This document shows, piece after piece, positions 8,395 to 18,834 of a DNA stretch of 64,000 nucleotides. Positions within the stretch are counted from its first letter, which is position 1. Every line of letters begins with the position of its first letter. The notes below the pieces were generated by a model. That model did no database searches. It worked only from the letters and a program-made list of their open reading frames with translations, and was not told where the DNA came from. The stretch lies in NCBI RefSeq assembly GCF_006351925.1, contig NZ_CP040924.1, positions 2,235,860-2,299,859 on the forward strand, written 5' to 3'. The stretch comes from Clostridium thermarum (GTDB lineage: Bacteria; Bacillota; Clostridia; Clostridiales; Clostridiaceae). A program made the translations under genes and the position numbers.

Positions 8395-10749
8395 TTAAAA
8401 TTCATTAATATTTGCCCATGTGACCATTTCGTTTAAATTAACAGTGTTTTCTGCGGGTAGCCTTCTGCAGGTAAAGACTATTACCTGATGGTCTTTGGAA
8501 TATTCCTTGAGAAATTCAAGAGCCCTGGCAAGTCTCTCCTCATCATATTGAATAAAGGCATCATCAAGGAATATCGGTATGGGCTTATCCTTAAAGATTA
8601 TATTGCAAATGCCTATCCTTAGAGCAAAGTAAACCTGGTCAAAGGTACCGCCGCTGAGGTAGTCTAAGTCCCTTAAATTATGCTGTTCCAGCACATTGAT
8701 CTCATAGTTTTCTCCGGCAGCAATTCTTACCTGGCTGTATTTTCCGGCCGTGAGCTTATTAACAATTCCTCCAACCTCAGTATTTAGTCTAGGAATAAAG
8801 TTCTTTTGTATCTCTTCAAAGGCCTCACCTAAAACTTCTGAAGCTATATCAGCGCATTGATACAGTTCTTCATATTTTTCTTTATCCACATTGCTTTGCA
8901 GTAGTTCTTCTTCTATAGACACCAGGGAAGGCTTATCCTTGAATCTGATATGAATCCGGTGTTCAACGTCCTTCTTCTGTTCCTTGCAGGAATTAAGTTC
9001 CTTATATAAGAGCTCTAGAGCTTTATTCGAAAGTTCTGCTTCACACTTGTCATATTCCTCCTGAAGACTAGTGATAGATGCTTTTAAAGTTCTATATGTA
9101 TTAAGCCTTTCTGAGAACTCCTCTATTGTAGTGCAGCTACAGTGATTAAACAGGAAGTCATAATATTTCCTTATTTTATTTAAGGACTCCAGCACTTCTT
9201 GCTCATTCAGCCTGGACAGCTCTTCCTGTTTATCGGATATCCTCATGTTTATGCCTTCTAATGTTGTAATGGTGCTTTTGCATACATGCAGCTTACTTCT
9301 TAATTCTGAGTAACTTTGTACACCATATTGTCGGTAAAGTTCTTTTAAGTACTCCTCCAGATTATACTTTTCCTTTGAAAGTTCTGCAATATTATTCCCT
9401 AGTTTTTCATTAGCGGCAAATTGTCTTAGCTTATCTGAAGTTCTTTTAAATTGTAACAATCCATATGCAGCCATTAAGGCTCCCATTAGGCCAAGGGCCA
9501 TGGCCGGCAAACTCTTGGCTGCTGCTCCCCATATAAGCACCATGGTCAGCAGGGTTCCTGCTAACATTATAAAGGTGGAATTATTTTTCTTATCCTTTAA
9601 TATATCAGCCTTCAGGTCCCTATTGTCTCTAAGCTTGGCTTTCTCCACCTCAAAATCTATTTCTTTTATTCTTTCCTCAAGCTGTAAAAAGTTGCTTTCC
9701 TCTTCAGAGGTGATTTCAAGGAGCTTTTCTATATCTCCTGAGTGATTCTTTAGATACCTGGCCCTATCCTGCAGGGCCTTTATTTCTGATTTTATATCTG
9801 CTATGAAGGCCAGCTTTTCTTCCTTTTCCTTCTTCTTCATGTCCATGCTGTTCAGCTTCAGCTCTATATCCTCCCCAAGACTTTCAAAGCATTCATAATG
9901 CTTAAACCTTTTTCTTAGGTCTCCTAAGCGATTACTTAGTGTGGTGATTTCTGCTTCTAATGGCCTCAACTCATATAACCTGTCCCTCAAAATCAAAAAA
10001 TCAATATCTGGCTTTATACTCTGAAATGAATTAATTGTCTCCTCCAAAGTTCTTACTTTCAAGGTCAGGCTGTTTAGAAGTTCACTGTCCTCAAGATTTT
10101 CAGCATGTAATTGCTGAAGGTTCAGCAGTTGCTGTTTTAAATGATTTATATTTTCTTCAAGCTCGTCAAGTTTTCCGTTCTTCCTTTGGCCTCTTAAGCT
10201 TTTTTTATAATTATCAAGAGCATTCCTGGCCTTATGGTATGACAGGTCTTCTTCCCCACTCTGCTGTAGATTGGACAGTTTCTTCATAATCTCATCTTCT
10301 TTATCCATGGCCATCTTAGCGCCTAATTGTTTGATAAAGACAGTCTTTTCAAAGGCATCTTCACTCATAGCAAATAGGTCTCTTCCCGGTTGATAATTAT
10401 CAATATGTACTGCCTTTTGACCTGTCATAGCCTTGTAAACTGTACTTTGATCCTCTCTTCTTGTCTGTCCGAAGCTTCTCTCAATTACATATTCATTGCC
10501 ACCTTCGCCGATGTAAGTCAACTTCCCTTCTGCCCTTCCGGTATCCCAGGGAAGAAATCTTCTTCTGTCATTTTCTCTAATGGCTTTTTTCTGGGAGTTC
10601 ATACCATAGAACATAGCCTTAATAAAGTGCTGCAGGGTGGTTTTGCCTGCTTCATTGCTGCCATATATGATATTAAGGCCGGGATTCAGCTCCAAATTCA
10701 AGTCTTTTAATTTACCAAAGCTTTTTACATATAAGCTTTTAATTTTCAT
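8395..10749 (-). CDS. SbcC/Rad50-like ATPase with internal membrane segment (YhaN/SbcE-like)
   Basis: N-terminal Walker A GSNEAGKTT, long coiled-coil middle, central hydrophobic hairpin, C-terminal signature/Walker B/D-loop (LSGGTFDQV...IFLDDAF); 11-nt overlap with the upstream nuclease gene. Confidence 0.75.
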   Translation of the reverse strand: MKIKSLYVKSFGKLKDLNLELNPGLNIIYGSNEAGKTTLQHFIKAMFYGMNSQKKAIRENDRRRFLPWDTGRAEGKLTYIGEGGNEYVIERSFGQTRREDQSTVYKAMTGQKAVHIDNYQPGRDLFAMSEDAFEKTVFIKQLGAKMAMDKEDEIMKKLSNLQQSGEEDLSYHKARNALDNYKKSLRGQRKNGKLDELEENINHLKQQLLNLQQLHAENLEDSELLNSLTLKVRTLEETINSFQSIKPDIDFLILRDRLYELRPLEAEITTLSNRLGDLRKRFKHYECFESLGEDIELKLNSMDMKKKEKEEKLAFIADIKSEIKALQDRARYLKNHSGDIEKLLEITSEEESNFLQLEERIKEIDFEVEKAKLRDNRDLKADILKDKKNNSTFIMLAGTLLTMVLIWGAAAKSLPAMALGLMGALMAAYGLLQFKRTSDKLRQFAANEKLGNNIAELSKEKYNLEEYLKELYRQYGVQSYSELRSKLHVCKSTITTLEGINMRISDKQEELSRLNEQEVLESLNKIRKYYDFLFNHCSCTTIEEFSERLNTYRTLKASITSLQEEYDKCEAELSNKALELLYKELNSCKEQKKDVEHRIHIRFKDKPSLVSIEEELLQSNVDKEKYEELYQCADIASEVLGEAFEEIQKNFIPRLNTEVGGIVNKLTAGKYSQVRIAAGENYEINVLEQHNLRDLDYLSGGTFDQVYFALRIGICNIIFKDKPIPIFLDDAFIQYDEERLARALEFLKEYSKDHQVIVFTCRRLPAENTVNLNEMVTWANINEF

Positions 10750-11902
10750 TTGTTCTTACCTCCCTATAGTCTAAGGCATCTAGGCCCATCTTCAGGGAAA
10801 GCCTCAGTCTCTTTATCTCATCTTTATCCTCTGCTGCACTTATCCTGTCCAACATTTTTCTTACAAATACCCCTTTAATATTATACTCCTTAGCTAACTC
10901 TTCATAGTCTATTTTTGTCTCTGTCCTATCCAGAATTTTTACGTAATAGAATAGGTTTTTTAATTTGTCATTTAATACTTCCAGATTTATTGAAAAATCC
11001 CTATCCACAGTTCCCTCAAGGATAATTTTATATATGTCTTTGTTTAATCTTTCATAGGCCCTGCCAATATCAGCCTCTCTTTTATGCAAACCTAGCCTTT
11101 CATATATTTTCAGGCTTATATCCTCATAATTTTCACATTCAGATATGTTTACCTTTAAGACCTCAATCCTTCTCTTACAGGTTTCCTTAAAGGAAAGATC
11201 TGCACAGCCTTTACCAATTTCACCTATGACAATACCCTTAGGACCAAGTTCATCAAAGCCCCTTCCTTCAGGACATCCGCTATAACTCCAATAGGTATCC
11301 CCACATCGGTTTATACCTGAAAAGCTGTGTACATGTCCTAAAGCCAAATAATCCAGTCCACTTTTGCTTATCATATCTTCAGTAATAGGATTATAAACGG
11401 AACTTCCGCTTACGACTTCCCCGTGTAAGACCATAATATTAATCTTATCCTTATCCTCCACCCGGAAGTCCTTCAATATTCCCTTCCTTTCATAGCTACT
11501 GCCAAAACCACACCCGTAAACCGTCAAATTTAAGTCTTCAATATGAACCTTCTCCAGTCTATCTTTAAATATATGTACATTAGCAGGCCATGGAATTATA
11601 TTATAATAGGATCTTGCTGTGTAAGGATCATGGTTTCCTGGGCATATAAATATTTTTATGTCCGGTATCTGCTCAAAGGCTCTTTTCATTGATGTTATAG
11701 TCTCATAGGTTACTGTGGAATTATCAAAGACATCTCCGCTGATAAGAATAATATCAACTTTTTCATTATCAGCTAATTTCATTATTTGTAAAAAGGTCTC
11801 CCTTATATCCTCTTTTCTTTTTTCCGCCACAGCTTTTGGATACTCGATAAAAGGAGTATCAAAATGAAAATCACTGCAATGTATTAGTTTTACTTTCTTC
11901 AT
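10739..11902 (-). CDS. SbcD/Mre11-like metallophosphoesterase nuclease (YhaO/SbcF-like)
   Basis: Calcineurin-like phosphoesterase motifs DFH, GDVFD, GNHD, GH.H; partner of the adjacent SbcC-like ATPase. Confidence 0.75.
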   Translation of the reverse strand: MKKVKLIHCSDFHFDTPFIEYPKAVAEKRKEDIRETFLQIMKLADNEKVDIILISGDVFDNSTVTYETITSMKRAFEQIPDIKIFICPGNHDPYTARSYYNIIPWPANVHIFKDRLEKVHIEDLNLTVYGCGFGSSYERKGILKDFRVEDKDKINIMVLHGEVVSGSSVYNPITEDMISKSGLDYLALGHVHSFSGINRCGDTYWSYSGCPEGRGFDELGPKGIVIGEIGKGCADLSFKETCKRRIEVLKVNISECENYEDISLKIYERLGLHKREADIGRAYERLNKDIYKIILEGTVDRDFSINLEVLNDKLKNLFYYVKILDRTETKIDYEELAKEYNIKGVFVRKMLDRISAAEDKDEIKRLRLSLKMGLDALDYREVRTNEN

Positions 11903-11981
11903 AGATCCCTCCAAAAATTATATGAGGCACCCTGAGGCACCTCATATATAAAATTACATTTATTTCCACGGAAATAATCTT

Positions 11982-12143
11982 TTATATTAGAGATTTTGGT
12001 ACACTTACTCTATGATGAGCAGTTCTCTCCAGGGAGGCAATATAATGTTCAGTATCCTTATAAGGTGATTTTCTGCTGTTTGAAATTTCACTTCTCCACG
12101 CATTTAATCTCTTATATCTATTTCCCATTATACTTCTAGCCAT
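11982..12143 (-). CDS. unannotated small ORF (53 aa, basic) below the ORF-track size cutoff
   Basis: GAAGGGAGG RBS 8 nt upstream of ATG; MARSIMGNRYKRLNAWRSEISNSRKSPYKDTEHYIASLERTAHHRVSVPKSLI. Confidence 0.3.
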   Translation of the reverse strand: MARSIMGNRYKRLNAWRSEISNSRKSPYKDTEHYIASLERTAHHRVSVPKSLI

Positions 12144-12291
12144 TTTAATTCCTCCCTTCAAAAATTAATCCTTAACTATTACATTATTATTTTGTCCATT
12201 ACTTAAAACAATAGACTATTGAAATCAATGAAGTTCAGGAATTATCTCTTTGTATTTTATAATTAACCGCTATATTCTCATTTTTTTATAG

Positions 12292-12867
12292 TTATAAGAT
12301 AGTTTCTATGATTTTCTCTATTTTTCTCACTGTATCAGATAACTTTCCATTATTATCAATTACATAATTACATTTAACTATTTCAAAGGCCACATCATCA
12401 TGTTTAATCCTGCGTGAAACTTCTTCTTCAATTTGTTGTTTTATTTGTTCTTGCTTTATGGATGTATTTCCACTTAGACTTCTTTTAAGCATTCTTTCTC
12501 TTCTTATACTTCCTTCGGCATTTATGTAAATAAAAGTTAATTCAGCATCCATAACTTTTTCCTCCAGAGCAGTGACCCCGGCAGGATCTATGGCATAAAA
12601 GGTTATACCTTTGCCTTTATATTGACTTCGTGTAGCAAAATAATGATGATTATCAAAAAAAGTATAGGCTATCATTTCATCTCTATATTGCTCCACTTCC
12701 TCTGTGGGTATATAGATGTGTCCCCCTTCATTTTCATACCTCTTAGGCCTGTCTGTATAACTTTCAATTATATTATAGCCCTTAGCTTTAAAATAATCCG
12801 CAATGGCAGTCTTCCCACTGCCGGACTTTCCAATTAAACCAATTATATGATCAGTTTTATGCTCCAT
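12292..12867 (-). CDS. guanylate-kinase-like P-loop NMP kinase (paralogue, not the housekeeping gmk)
   Basis: P-loop GKSGSGKT; NMP-binding block SYTDRPKRYENEGGHIYIP..EEV...YTFFDNHHYFATR parallels GK TTRPPR..GE.DG.DY.FV..EEF...FLE...YGT. Confidence 0.5.
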   Translation of the reverse strand: MEHKTDHIIGLIGKSGSGKTAIADYFKAKGYNIIESYTDRPKRYENEGGHIYIPTEEVEQYRDEMIAYTFFDNHHYFATRSQYKGKGITFYAIDPAGVTALEEKVMDAELTFIYINAEGSIRRERMLKRSLSGNTSIKQEQIKQQIEEEVSRRIKHDDVAFEIVKCNYVIDNNGKLSDTVRKIEKIIETIL

Positions 12868-13011
12868 ACATACCCCCTGAATTTTATCATTATTCGAAAA
12901 CTTAGTTCATTATCTATAATAACATCTTTGGCAAGCTTAATACAATTGTCAATCCTCAACTGTAAGATTTTGTTTGTTATAGCTCAGTAGTAAATGTCCT
13001 TATTTTATATA

Positions 13012-13908
13012 CTACACGTATAATTTAGTTCCAATTCTCCTATCATAATCAGACCAATTATCCGGTTCCGTTAAATCTTTTATTTGACCTATCTTATTCA
13101 TAGTGGCATCCACGTAATCAGCATAATGGACCATATAGGCTTCTTCCGTATTGGGAGCCTTAGGCGACCCATATTCCACCTTACCGTGATGCTGAACAAT
13201 ACAACCCCTTAAACGATTTTTAAAGTCCTCACTGTAGATATCTTTGCCGGCCTTAAAGGCTTCCTGTATCATATTCATGCCTATGACAATATGACCTTCC
13301 ATTTCTCCTCGCATGGATACCTTGAAGGGGCCTTCAATCTCATACTCTTCTATTTTCCCTATATCATGAAGCTTGGCTGCTAAAATAGCTATTTCCTTGA
13401 AACGGCAATCGTATCTATAAGCTAAGATCTTAGTTAAATAGGTTACATTAAGGGTGTGTTCCGCCAATCCTCCCCGGTAATTATGGTGCTGGCTTAATCC
13501 CCCTATTCCTTTTTTAAACTTCTCCACGAACTCAGGATTTTTAAAGAAATAGTCATTTAAGCTCTTAGTCTCTAAAGTTTTAAACTCTTCCTCACTGATT
13601 TGCTCTAATTCACTGATTATTTCATCTATGGGCCTGCTAATTGTAGGAAGGAATTCATCACACTTAAAATTCTGCTCAAATTTAAACTCTGAAGCCTTTA
13701 ATATTCCTCCCTTGACTCCTTTAATGGTTATTACATCCCCAACCTTGATGCTATTGCTTTTATTGCACACCAAGGCCTTAATTTCTCCGGTTCTGTCCCC
13801 CAAAAACACAGTGACGTTTTCGCCATCAAAGTCAAGCTTTTTCATAACCATAAAGCTGTCATTGACCTTAGTCCCATCTTTTATATCCTTAACATATAAG
13901 TGCTTCAC
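13012..13908 (-). CDS. yhaM: 3'-5' exoribonuclease YhaM-like (N-terminal OB-fold plus HD domain)
   Basis: HD motif LAAKLHDIGK..H....H; N-terminal OB-fold-like region; GTG start with AGAGGTGA RBS; conserved neighbourhood with yhaN/yhaO-like genes. Confidence 0.7.
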   Translation of the reverse strand: MKHLYVKDIKDGTKVNDSFMVMKKLDFDGENVTVFLGDRTGEIKALVCNKSNSIKVGDVITIKGVKGGILKASEFKFEQNFKCDEFLPTISRPIDEIISELEQISEEEFKTLETKSLNDYFFKNPEFVEKFKKGIGGLSQHHNYRGGLAEHTLNVTYLTKILAYRYDCRFKEIAILAAKLHDIGKIEEYEIEGPFKVSMRGEMEGHIVIGMNMIQEAFKAGKDIYSEDFKNRLRGCIVQHHGKVEYGSPKAPNTEEAYMVHYADYVDATMNKIGQIKDLTEPDNWSDYDRRIGTKLYV

Positions 13909-14067
13909 CTAATCACCTCTTTACCTTTAAATCTTTGTACAAATCTATTTTTATTTTTTCTCAATGGTGATGTTTTTATTTGAGGCAAATTAAAACAAGT
14001 GCAACATCACTTATATTTATTAAAAAGAGCTGCCGCTCTTTTTAGTGCGACAGCCCATCATAACAAA

Positions 14068-16053
14068 CTATTTTAAATTTTCTGCAGCTTCAACTACTTT
14101 TTCTACGGTTATGCCAAACTTTTCAAACAAAATATTTCCTGGAGCAGATGCACCAAAGGTGTCTATAGAAACTACAGCTCCATCTAAGCCAACATACTTA
14201 TGCCAGCCAAAGGAGCTTAGGGCTTCCACTGCCACTCTCTTTCTAACAGCCTTCGGCAGTATTGATTCCTTGTACTCAGCGCTTTGTCTTTCAAAAACTT
14301 CTAGAGATGGCATACTGATAACTCTTGCTTTTATTCCCTTTTCATCTAATCTGGCAGCAGCTTCTACGATTAATTGTACTTCAGATCCGGTAGCCATTAA
14401 CAGAACATCTGGAGTACCGTTGCTGTAGTCCTTAAGTATATATGCACCCTTTAACGCCTCGTTTGAACTTCCCTCTAATAGAGGCAGGTCTTGACGGCTT
14501 AATACAAGAGCCGTTGGCCCATCCTTTTGAGTCAGTGCTGAATACCAGGCAGCAGCAACTTCTCTTGAATCAGCAGGTCTATAAACGATAAAGTTTGGAA
14601 TACTTCTTAATGCAGCTAAATGTTCAATTGGCTCATGAGTTGGTCCGTCTTCTCCTACACCGATACTGTCATGAGTTAGAACATAAATTACAGGAAGCTT
14701 CATCAAGGCTGAAAGTCTCATAGAATGCTTCATGTAGTCACTGAACACAAAGAAGGTAGATACATAAGGTCTAAGGCCGCCGTGTACTGCTATACCGTTA
14801 GCTATAGCTGCCATAGCATGTTCTCTAACACCGAAATGCAGATTTTTGCCGCTCCTATCTTCTGCGCTAAAATCTCCCTGATCCTTCATATAAGTCTTAG
14901 TAGAAGGTGCTAGGTCAGCAGAACCTCCAATAAGGTTTGGTATATATGCAGTAAGTCTGTTTAACACTTCATAGGAAGAGCTTCTGGTAGCTGTTTTACC
15001 TTCAAACTGCCAGAACTTTTCTTCTTTTAACAAATCTACAGGCAGTTCACAGCTGTGGTAGGTTTCCCAGAGCTTAGCTAGTTCAGGATACTGCTTAGCA
15101 TACTCAACAAATAGCTTATTCCAAGCTTCTTCGCTATTTCTGCCCCTTTCCTGAAGGGTCTTCATGAAATCTCTTACTTCCTCAGGAACATGGAAGTCCT
15201 TATCATAACTCCACTTGTAGAATTCTTTTGTTTTTAGAATATTTTCAGCACCTAATGGTTCTCCATGGGAAGAAGCACTTCCTTCCTTCGGTGATCCGGC
15301 ACCTATCTTAGTCTTTATTTCAATCAATGTAGGATGGTTCTTATCTGCTTTTGCTTCTTCCAGGGCCTTATTAATTGCTTCAACGTCATTTCCGTCTTCT
15401 ACAAATAATACTTGCCATCCGTAAGCCTTAAATCTATCTCCAACCTTCTCTCTGAAGGCTATATCTGTATGTCCTTCTATAGATATGTTATTTGAATCAT
15501 ATAGTACAATAAGTTTACCAAGTCCTAAAGTACCTGCCAAGGACGCAGCTTCGGAAGCTATGCCTTCCATCATGCAGCCATCACCGGCCAGTGCATATGT
15601 ATAGTGATCCACTATTTCAAAGCCAGGTTTGTTGAACACGCTGGCAAGATGTGCTTCTGCTATAGCCATACCTACTGCATTGGCAATTCCCTGTCCAAGT
15701 GGTCCAGTGGTTATTTCCACACCAACAGTATGACCATATTCTGGGTGTCCAGGTGTTTTGCTGCCCCATTGTCTGAAGTTTTGTAAATCCTCTATTGTCA
15801 AGCCATATCCGAATAGATGCAACAGAGAATATATCAGCATGGAACCATGACCTGCTGATAGAATAAATCTATCTCTATTTGCCCAATTTGGATTTTCAGG
15901 ATTATGCTTCATAATCTTTGACCACAGTGTATATGCCATTGGTGCAGCACCTAGCGGCAAGCCTGGGTGGCCTGATTTTGCTTTCTGTACTCCTTCGATG
16001 CTAAGCATCCTTATGGTGATTATTGAGAGATTATCAATAACACTGTTACTCAT
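14068..16053 (-). CDS. tkt: transketolase
   Basis: 661 aa; ThDP motif [18 protein letters not shown], transketolase pyrimidine-binding and C-terminal domains. Confidence 0.9.
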   Translation of the reverse strand: MSNSVIDNLSIITIRMLSIEGVQKAKSGHPGLPLGAAPMAYTLWSKIMKHNPENPNWANRDRFILSAGHGSMLIYSLLHLFGYGLTIEDLQNFRQWGSKTPGHPEYGHTVGVEITTGPLGQGIANAVGMAIAEAHLASVFNKPGFEIVDHYTYALAGDGCMMEGIASEAASLAGTLGLGKLIVLYDSNNISIEGHTDIAFREKVGDRFKAYGWQVLFVEDGNDVEAINKALEEAKADKNHPTLIEIKTKIGAGSPKEGSASSHGEPLGAENILKTKEFYKWSYDKDFHVPEEVRDFMKTLQERGRNSEEAWNKLFVEYAKQYPELAKLWETYHSCELPVDLLKEEKFWQFEGKTATRSSSYEVLNRLTAYIPNLIGGSADLAPSTKTYMKDQGDFSAEDRSGKNLHFGVREHAMAAIANGIAVHGGLRPYVSTFFVFSDYMKHSMRLSALMKLPVIYVLTHDSIGVGEDGPTHEPIEHLAALRSIPNFIVYRPADSREVAAAWYSALTQKDGPTALVLSRQDLPLLEGSSNEALKGAYILKDYSNGTPDVLLMATGSEVQLIVEAAARLDEKGIKARVISMPSLEVFERQSAEYKESILPKAVRKRVAVEALSSFGWHKYVGLDGAVVSIDTFGASAPGNILFEKFGITVEKVVEAAENLK

Positions 16054-16561
16054 TCTTTGTCAACCTCCTCATTTTTATGATACTACCGGTAGAATATTTC
16101 ATAATGCCCATTCCACATATATCAATGGATATTCTTACCGCCTATTTCATTTTATTTTATTGATGCATTAGAATCAATATTATATTTTGATTTATTTTTG
16201 AATATTATATGCCTACTTCGGTTTAAGTTTTTTTAGATTCAACAGTTAACATTTACCAGTAGTTATGCATATAATATTACTAAGAAGCTTCCATCATTAA
16301 AAATGATTAACTCTTTAAGGGGTGATGCCCGTTTTATAAACCTTAGGTATAAACCATCTATTATCCAAAGGTAAGGGGTGATCAAACATTATCTAATTCA
16401 TATGATAGGAGATGATTCCACCAAAATATTAAGTTTGTACCCTGATACTAAGGTCTAAAGAATTATTATTATACGATGGGAGTGATGGCCAGATCCTAAA
16501 ATACCGCAGTTCACGGAGGATTACGCCAATGGACTAGTAAGTTAAATAAGTATAGTAACAA

Positions 16562-16589
16562 GGACACACTTTCCGGTGTGTCCTTATAA
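16562..16589 (-). terminator. stem-loop downstream of plsC (possible terminator; weak U-tract)
   Basis: Perfect hairpin GGACACAC-TTTCC-GGTGTGTCC. Confidence 0.35.
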
Positions 16590-16642
16590 TTACGTGTGCT
16601 CCGTGGATTCCGTGTTTAAATTTATTGTGCAGCGATTTTTAC

Positions 16643-17365
16643 TTAGGACTCAGACATCTGCTTTAAACCGGAAGCTATAGTGTCCTGTATCACGTCAGTC
16701 AAATCCTTTTGTTCTTCCTTTGACAGGTCTGTAGTATAGATAGGCTTGTGGAACATTATTTTTATTGTGTGTCCGGTGACCTTGTTGCCTACTTCTAAGA
16801 CCCTGTAAGTACCATCCACTGTAACCGGAACTATGGGAGCCTTGGCAATGAAAGCCATTTTCAAGCTGCCTTTCTTCATGGTGCCCATTTCAGAGCTTAG
16901 ACTTCTGGTGCCCTCCGGGAAAATAACCATAGAAATGCCCTCTTTGATATTTTGAGCCCCTTCCGTCAAAGCCTTCATTCCCTCTCTTATATTTGACCTA
17001 TCTATAAAAACTGTACCTATGGCATCTAACCAGGCATGGACTAGAGGTATCTTCTTAATTTCTTTCTTTGCTATAAAAGCAGTTACGTTTTTCAAAGGAC
17101 ATAAAATGGCAAAGGCATCAAAGATAGCCTGATGGTTTGATACGAATACACAGGCTTCCTCAGGTATATTTTCTACCCCGTAAACCTCTAGTTTTGTCCT
17201 TGACAGTTTCATTACATAGTTGGTTATCTCTTGCACTTTTTTAAAGGCATATTTTCTTCCCTCTTCAGGATCCCTCTTCATAATCCGTTTTATTTTTATA
17301 AGGCTCAAACTCTTGCCTGCCAGATATACACCAAAATAACTGTACCATAATAATTTCATATACAT
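16643..17365 (-). CDS. plsC: 1-acyl-sn-glycerol-3-phosphate acyltransferase
   Basis: Acyltransferase motifs NHQAIFD (HX4D) and FPEGTR. Confidence 0.8.
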   Translation of the reverse strand: MYMKLLWYSYFGVYLAGKSLSLIKIKRIMKRDPEEGRKYAFKKVQEITNYVMKLSRTKLEVYGVENIPEEACVFVSNHQAIFDAFAILCPLKNVTAFIAKKEIKKIPLVHAWLDAIGTVFIDRSNIREGMKALTEGAQNIKEGISMVIFPEGTRSLSSEMGTMKKGSLKMAFIAKAPIVPVTVDGTYRVLEVGNKVTGHTIKIMFHKPIYTTDLSKEEQKDLTDVIQDTIASGLKQMSES

Positions 17366-17376
17366 CTCTCCTGTGC

Positions 17377-18258
17377 TTATTTAGTCACCACAACGTTGAT
17401 TGCCTTGGGAATAATCTCAAAATCGATATTCTTCATTCTAAGAAGCTCCCCATCTATGTTTACAGAGAGTTCTACTTCAGATATTATTCTCACTTTCCTG
17501 GATTTATAGAATGTTACCTCTTTTATACTGTCATGTACCCCTTTAATCAATCTTGGGAAAAGTCTTAAAATCTTAAAGGTTCCCACCTTCCTGGCATGAC
17601 AAATATCAAAGTATCCATCTGAAATATCTGACATAGGTGATACCTTCATGCCACCTCCATAATATTTTCCATTGGCAATGGCTACAAGTAGGGTTTCTGT
17701 GTCAACTTCAACATCATCCATTATGACCTTCAGTCTTTTACTCTTATATCCAAAGACAGTAATAAATATGCTTAATAAATATGCAAATTTAGGAGGTATG
17801 AAGGGCAGTTTCTTAAATTTTATAGCTGTATATACAATCTCTGCATCCAGACCTACAGATGATATGTTTATAAAGTATTTATCATTTAACCTTCCAAGGT
17901 CTACGGACTGGGTTTCCCCATCAATACTGGCCTTAATAATTTCTTCCAAGTTCTCTATATTGGTTATGTTCCTTACGAAATCATTGCCGCTGCCACTGGG
18001 GATTATGGCTAAGGAACTGTTGGTATTAACTATACCATTAACAACTTCGTTTACGGTCCCATCCCCTCCAACTGAGTAAACACGCATGTCTTCTTGACTA
18101 GTATATTCTCTGACTATTTTTGTGGCATCTCCGGGACCACTGGTGGATTTTATAATATAATCTAAAGCTCTTTCTTTACAAAGATTGTCTATTACCGGTA
18201 TCAAAGAACTTGCTCTTCCTTTACCAGCATGAGGGTTTACTATAAACAGGTGCTTCAT
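17377..18258 (-). CDS. diacylglycerol-kinase-family lipid kinase (YegS/DgkB-like)
   Basis: DAGK_cat motifs GGDGT.NEVVNG and VPSGSGNDF; probable start MKHLFIVNP with AAGAGGT RBS. Confidence 0.75.
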   Translation of the reverse strand: MKHLFIVNPHAGKGRASSLIPVIDNLCKERALDYIIKSTSGPGDATKIVREYTSQEDMRVYSVGGDGTVNEVVNGIVNTNSSLAIIPSGSGNDFVRNITNIENLEEIIKASIDGETQSVDLGRLNDKYFINISSVGLDAEIVYTAIKFKKLPFIPPKFAYLLSIFITVFGYKSKRLKVIMDDVEVDTETLLVAIANGKYYGGGMKVSPMSDISDGYFDICHARKVGTFKILRLFPRLIKGVHDSIKEVTFYKSRKVRIISEVELSVNIDGELLRMKNIDFEIIPKAINVVVTK

Positions 18259-18411
18259 AAGTTCTACCTCTTTCATCAAAAGTAAAAAAATAAGTTTTTT
18301 CTATATCCTATTCTATTATATTTAGCTATGATTTAAAAGTTTTTTCTTAGGACAAATACTAAAGATTCACATCATCACAGAAAAAAATTAAAAATCCTTT
18401 TTAAAAATGTA

Positions 18412-18440
18412 TTGCAAAGTATAAAAATGCATATTATAAT
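18412..18440 (+). promoter_or_regulatory. sigma-A-type promoter for the T-box leader
   Basis: TTGCAA -17 nt- TATAAT. Confidence 0.45.
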
Positions 18441-18454
18441 AAAAACAATTCAAA

Positions 18455-18765
18455 AATGAAACTTGCGTTGACAAAGAGAGTACATGCTAAGTAGATTCAA
18501 AGCGAGCAGAGGACAGTGGGAGCTCTGTATGAAGCTGGTATGGAAGAACACTTTCGAGCAGCCACCCGAAATCTTATGAAAGTAGGCCTGGCCGGTAGTC
18601 TGCCGTTAAAAGGAATAGGTATCGATGAATGCTTTAAGCTTTTTTATTTAAAGGATTTGTCCGTACTGAAATTGAGTGAGCTTTTTATAAGCTAACTAGG
18701 GTGGTACCGCGAGATAATTATATCCCGTCCCTATACGTTTAAGTATAGGGACGGGATTTTTGATT
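18455..18765 (+). ncRNA. T-box riboswitch leader (tRNA-sensing), specifier probably AAC (Asn)
   Basis: Stem I AGAGAG GA-motif; specifier-loop segment GGAAGAACACUUUCGAGCA aligns with the glyQS AAGAAGGCACUUCGAGCA, placing AAC in the codon position. Also the canonical T-box sequence AACUAGGGUGGUACCGCGAG, then the terminator CCCGTCCCTATAC...GTATAGGGACGGG plus T-run just before aspS2. Confidence 0.85.
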
Positions 18766-18834
18766 TTATTAAGAAAACATGCGCGTGTTTAAATATATAT
18801 TTTTCAAATTCTTCATCACTTAAGGAGGTTCACT

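Noticed and set aside
12622-13912. Plus-strand ORFs (71 aa and 94 aa) within the GK-like and yhaM genes
   Set aside because: They are antisense to better-supported CDSs and lack RBSs.
16054-16642. tmRNA, RNase P RNA, SRP RNA or 6S RNA in the plsC-tkt gap
   Set aside because: None of the signature sequences I can recall is present (tmRNA tag-reading frame, RNase P AAAGUCC region, SRP domain-IV GGAAGCAGCC). It is left as an unexplained structured region.
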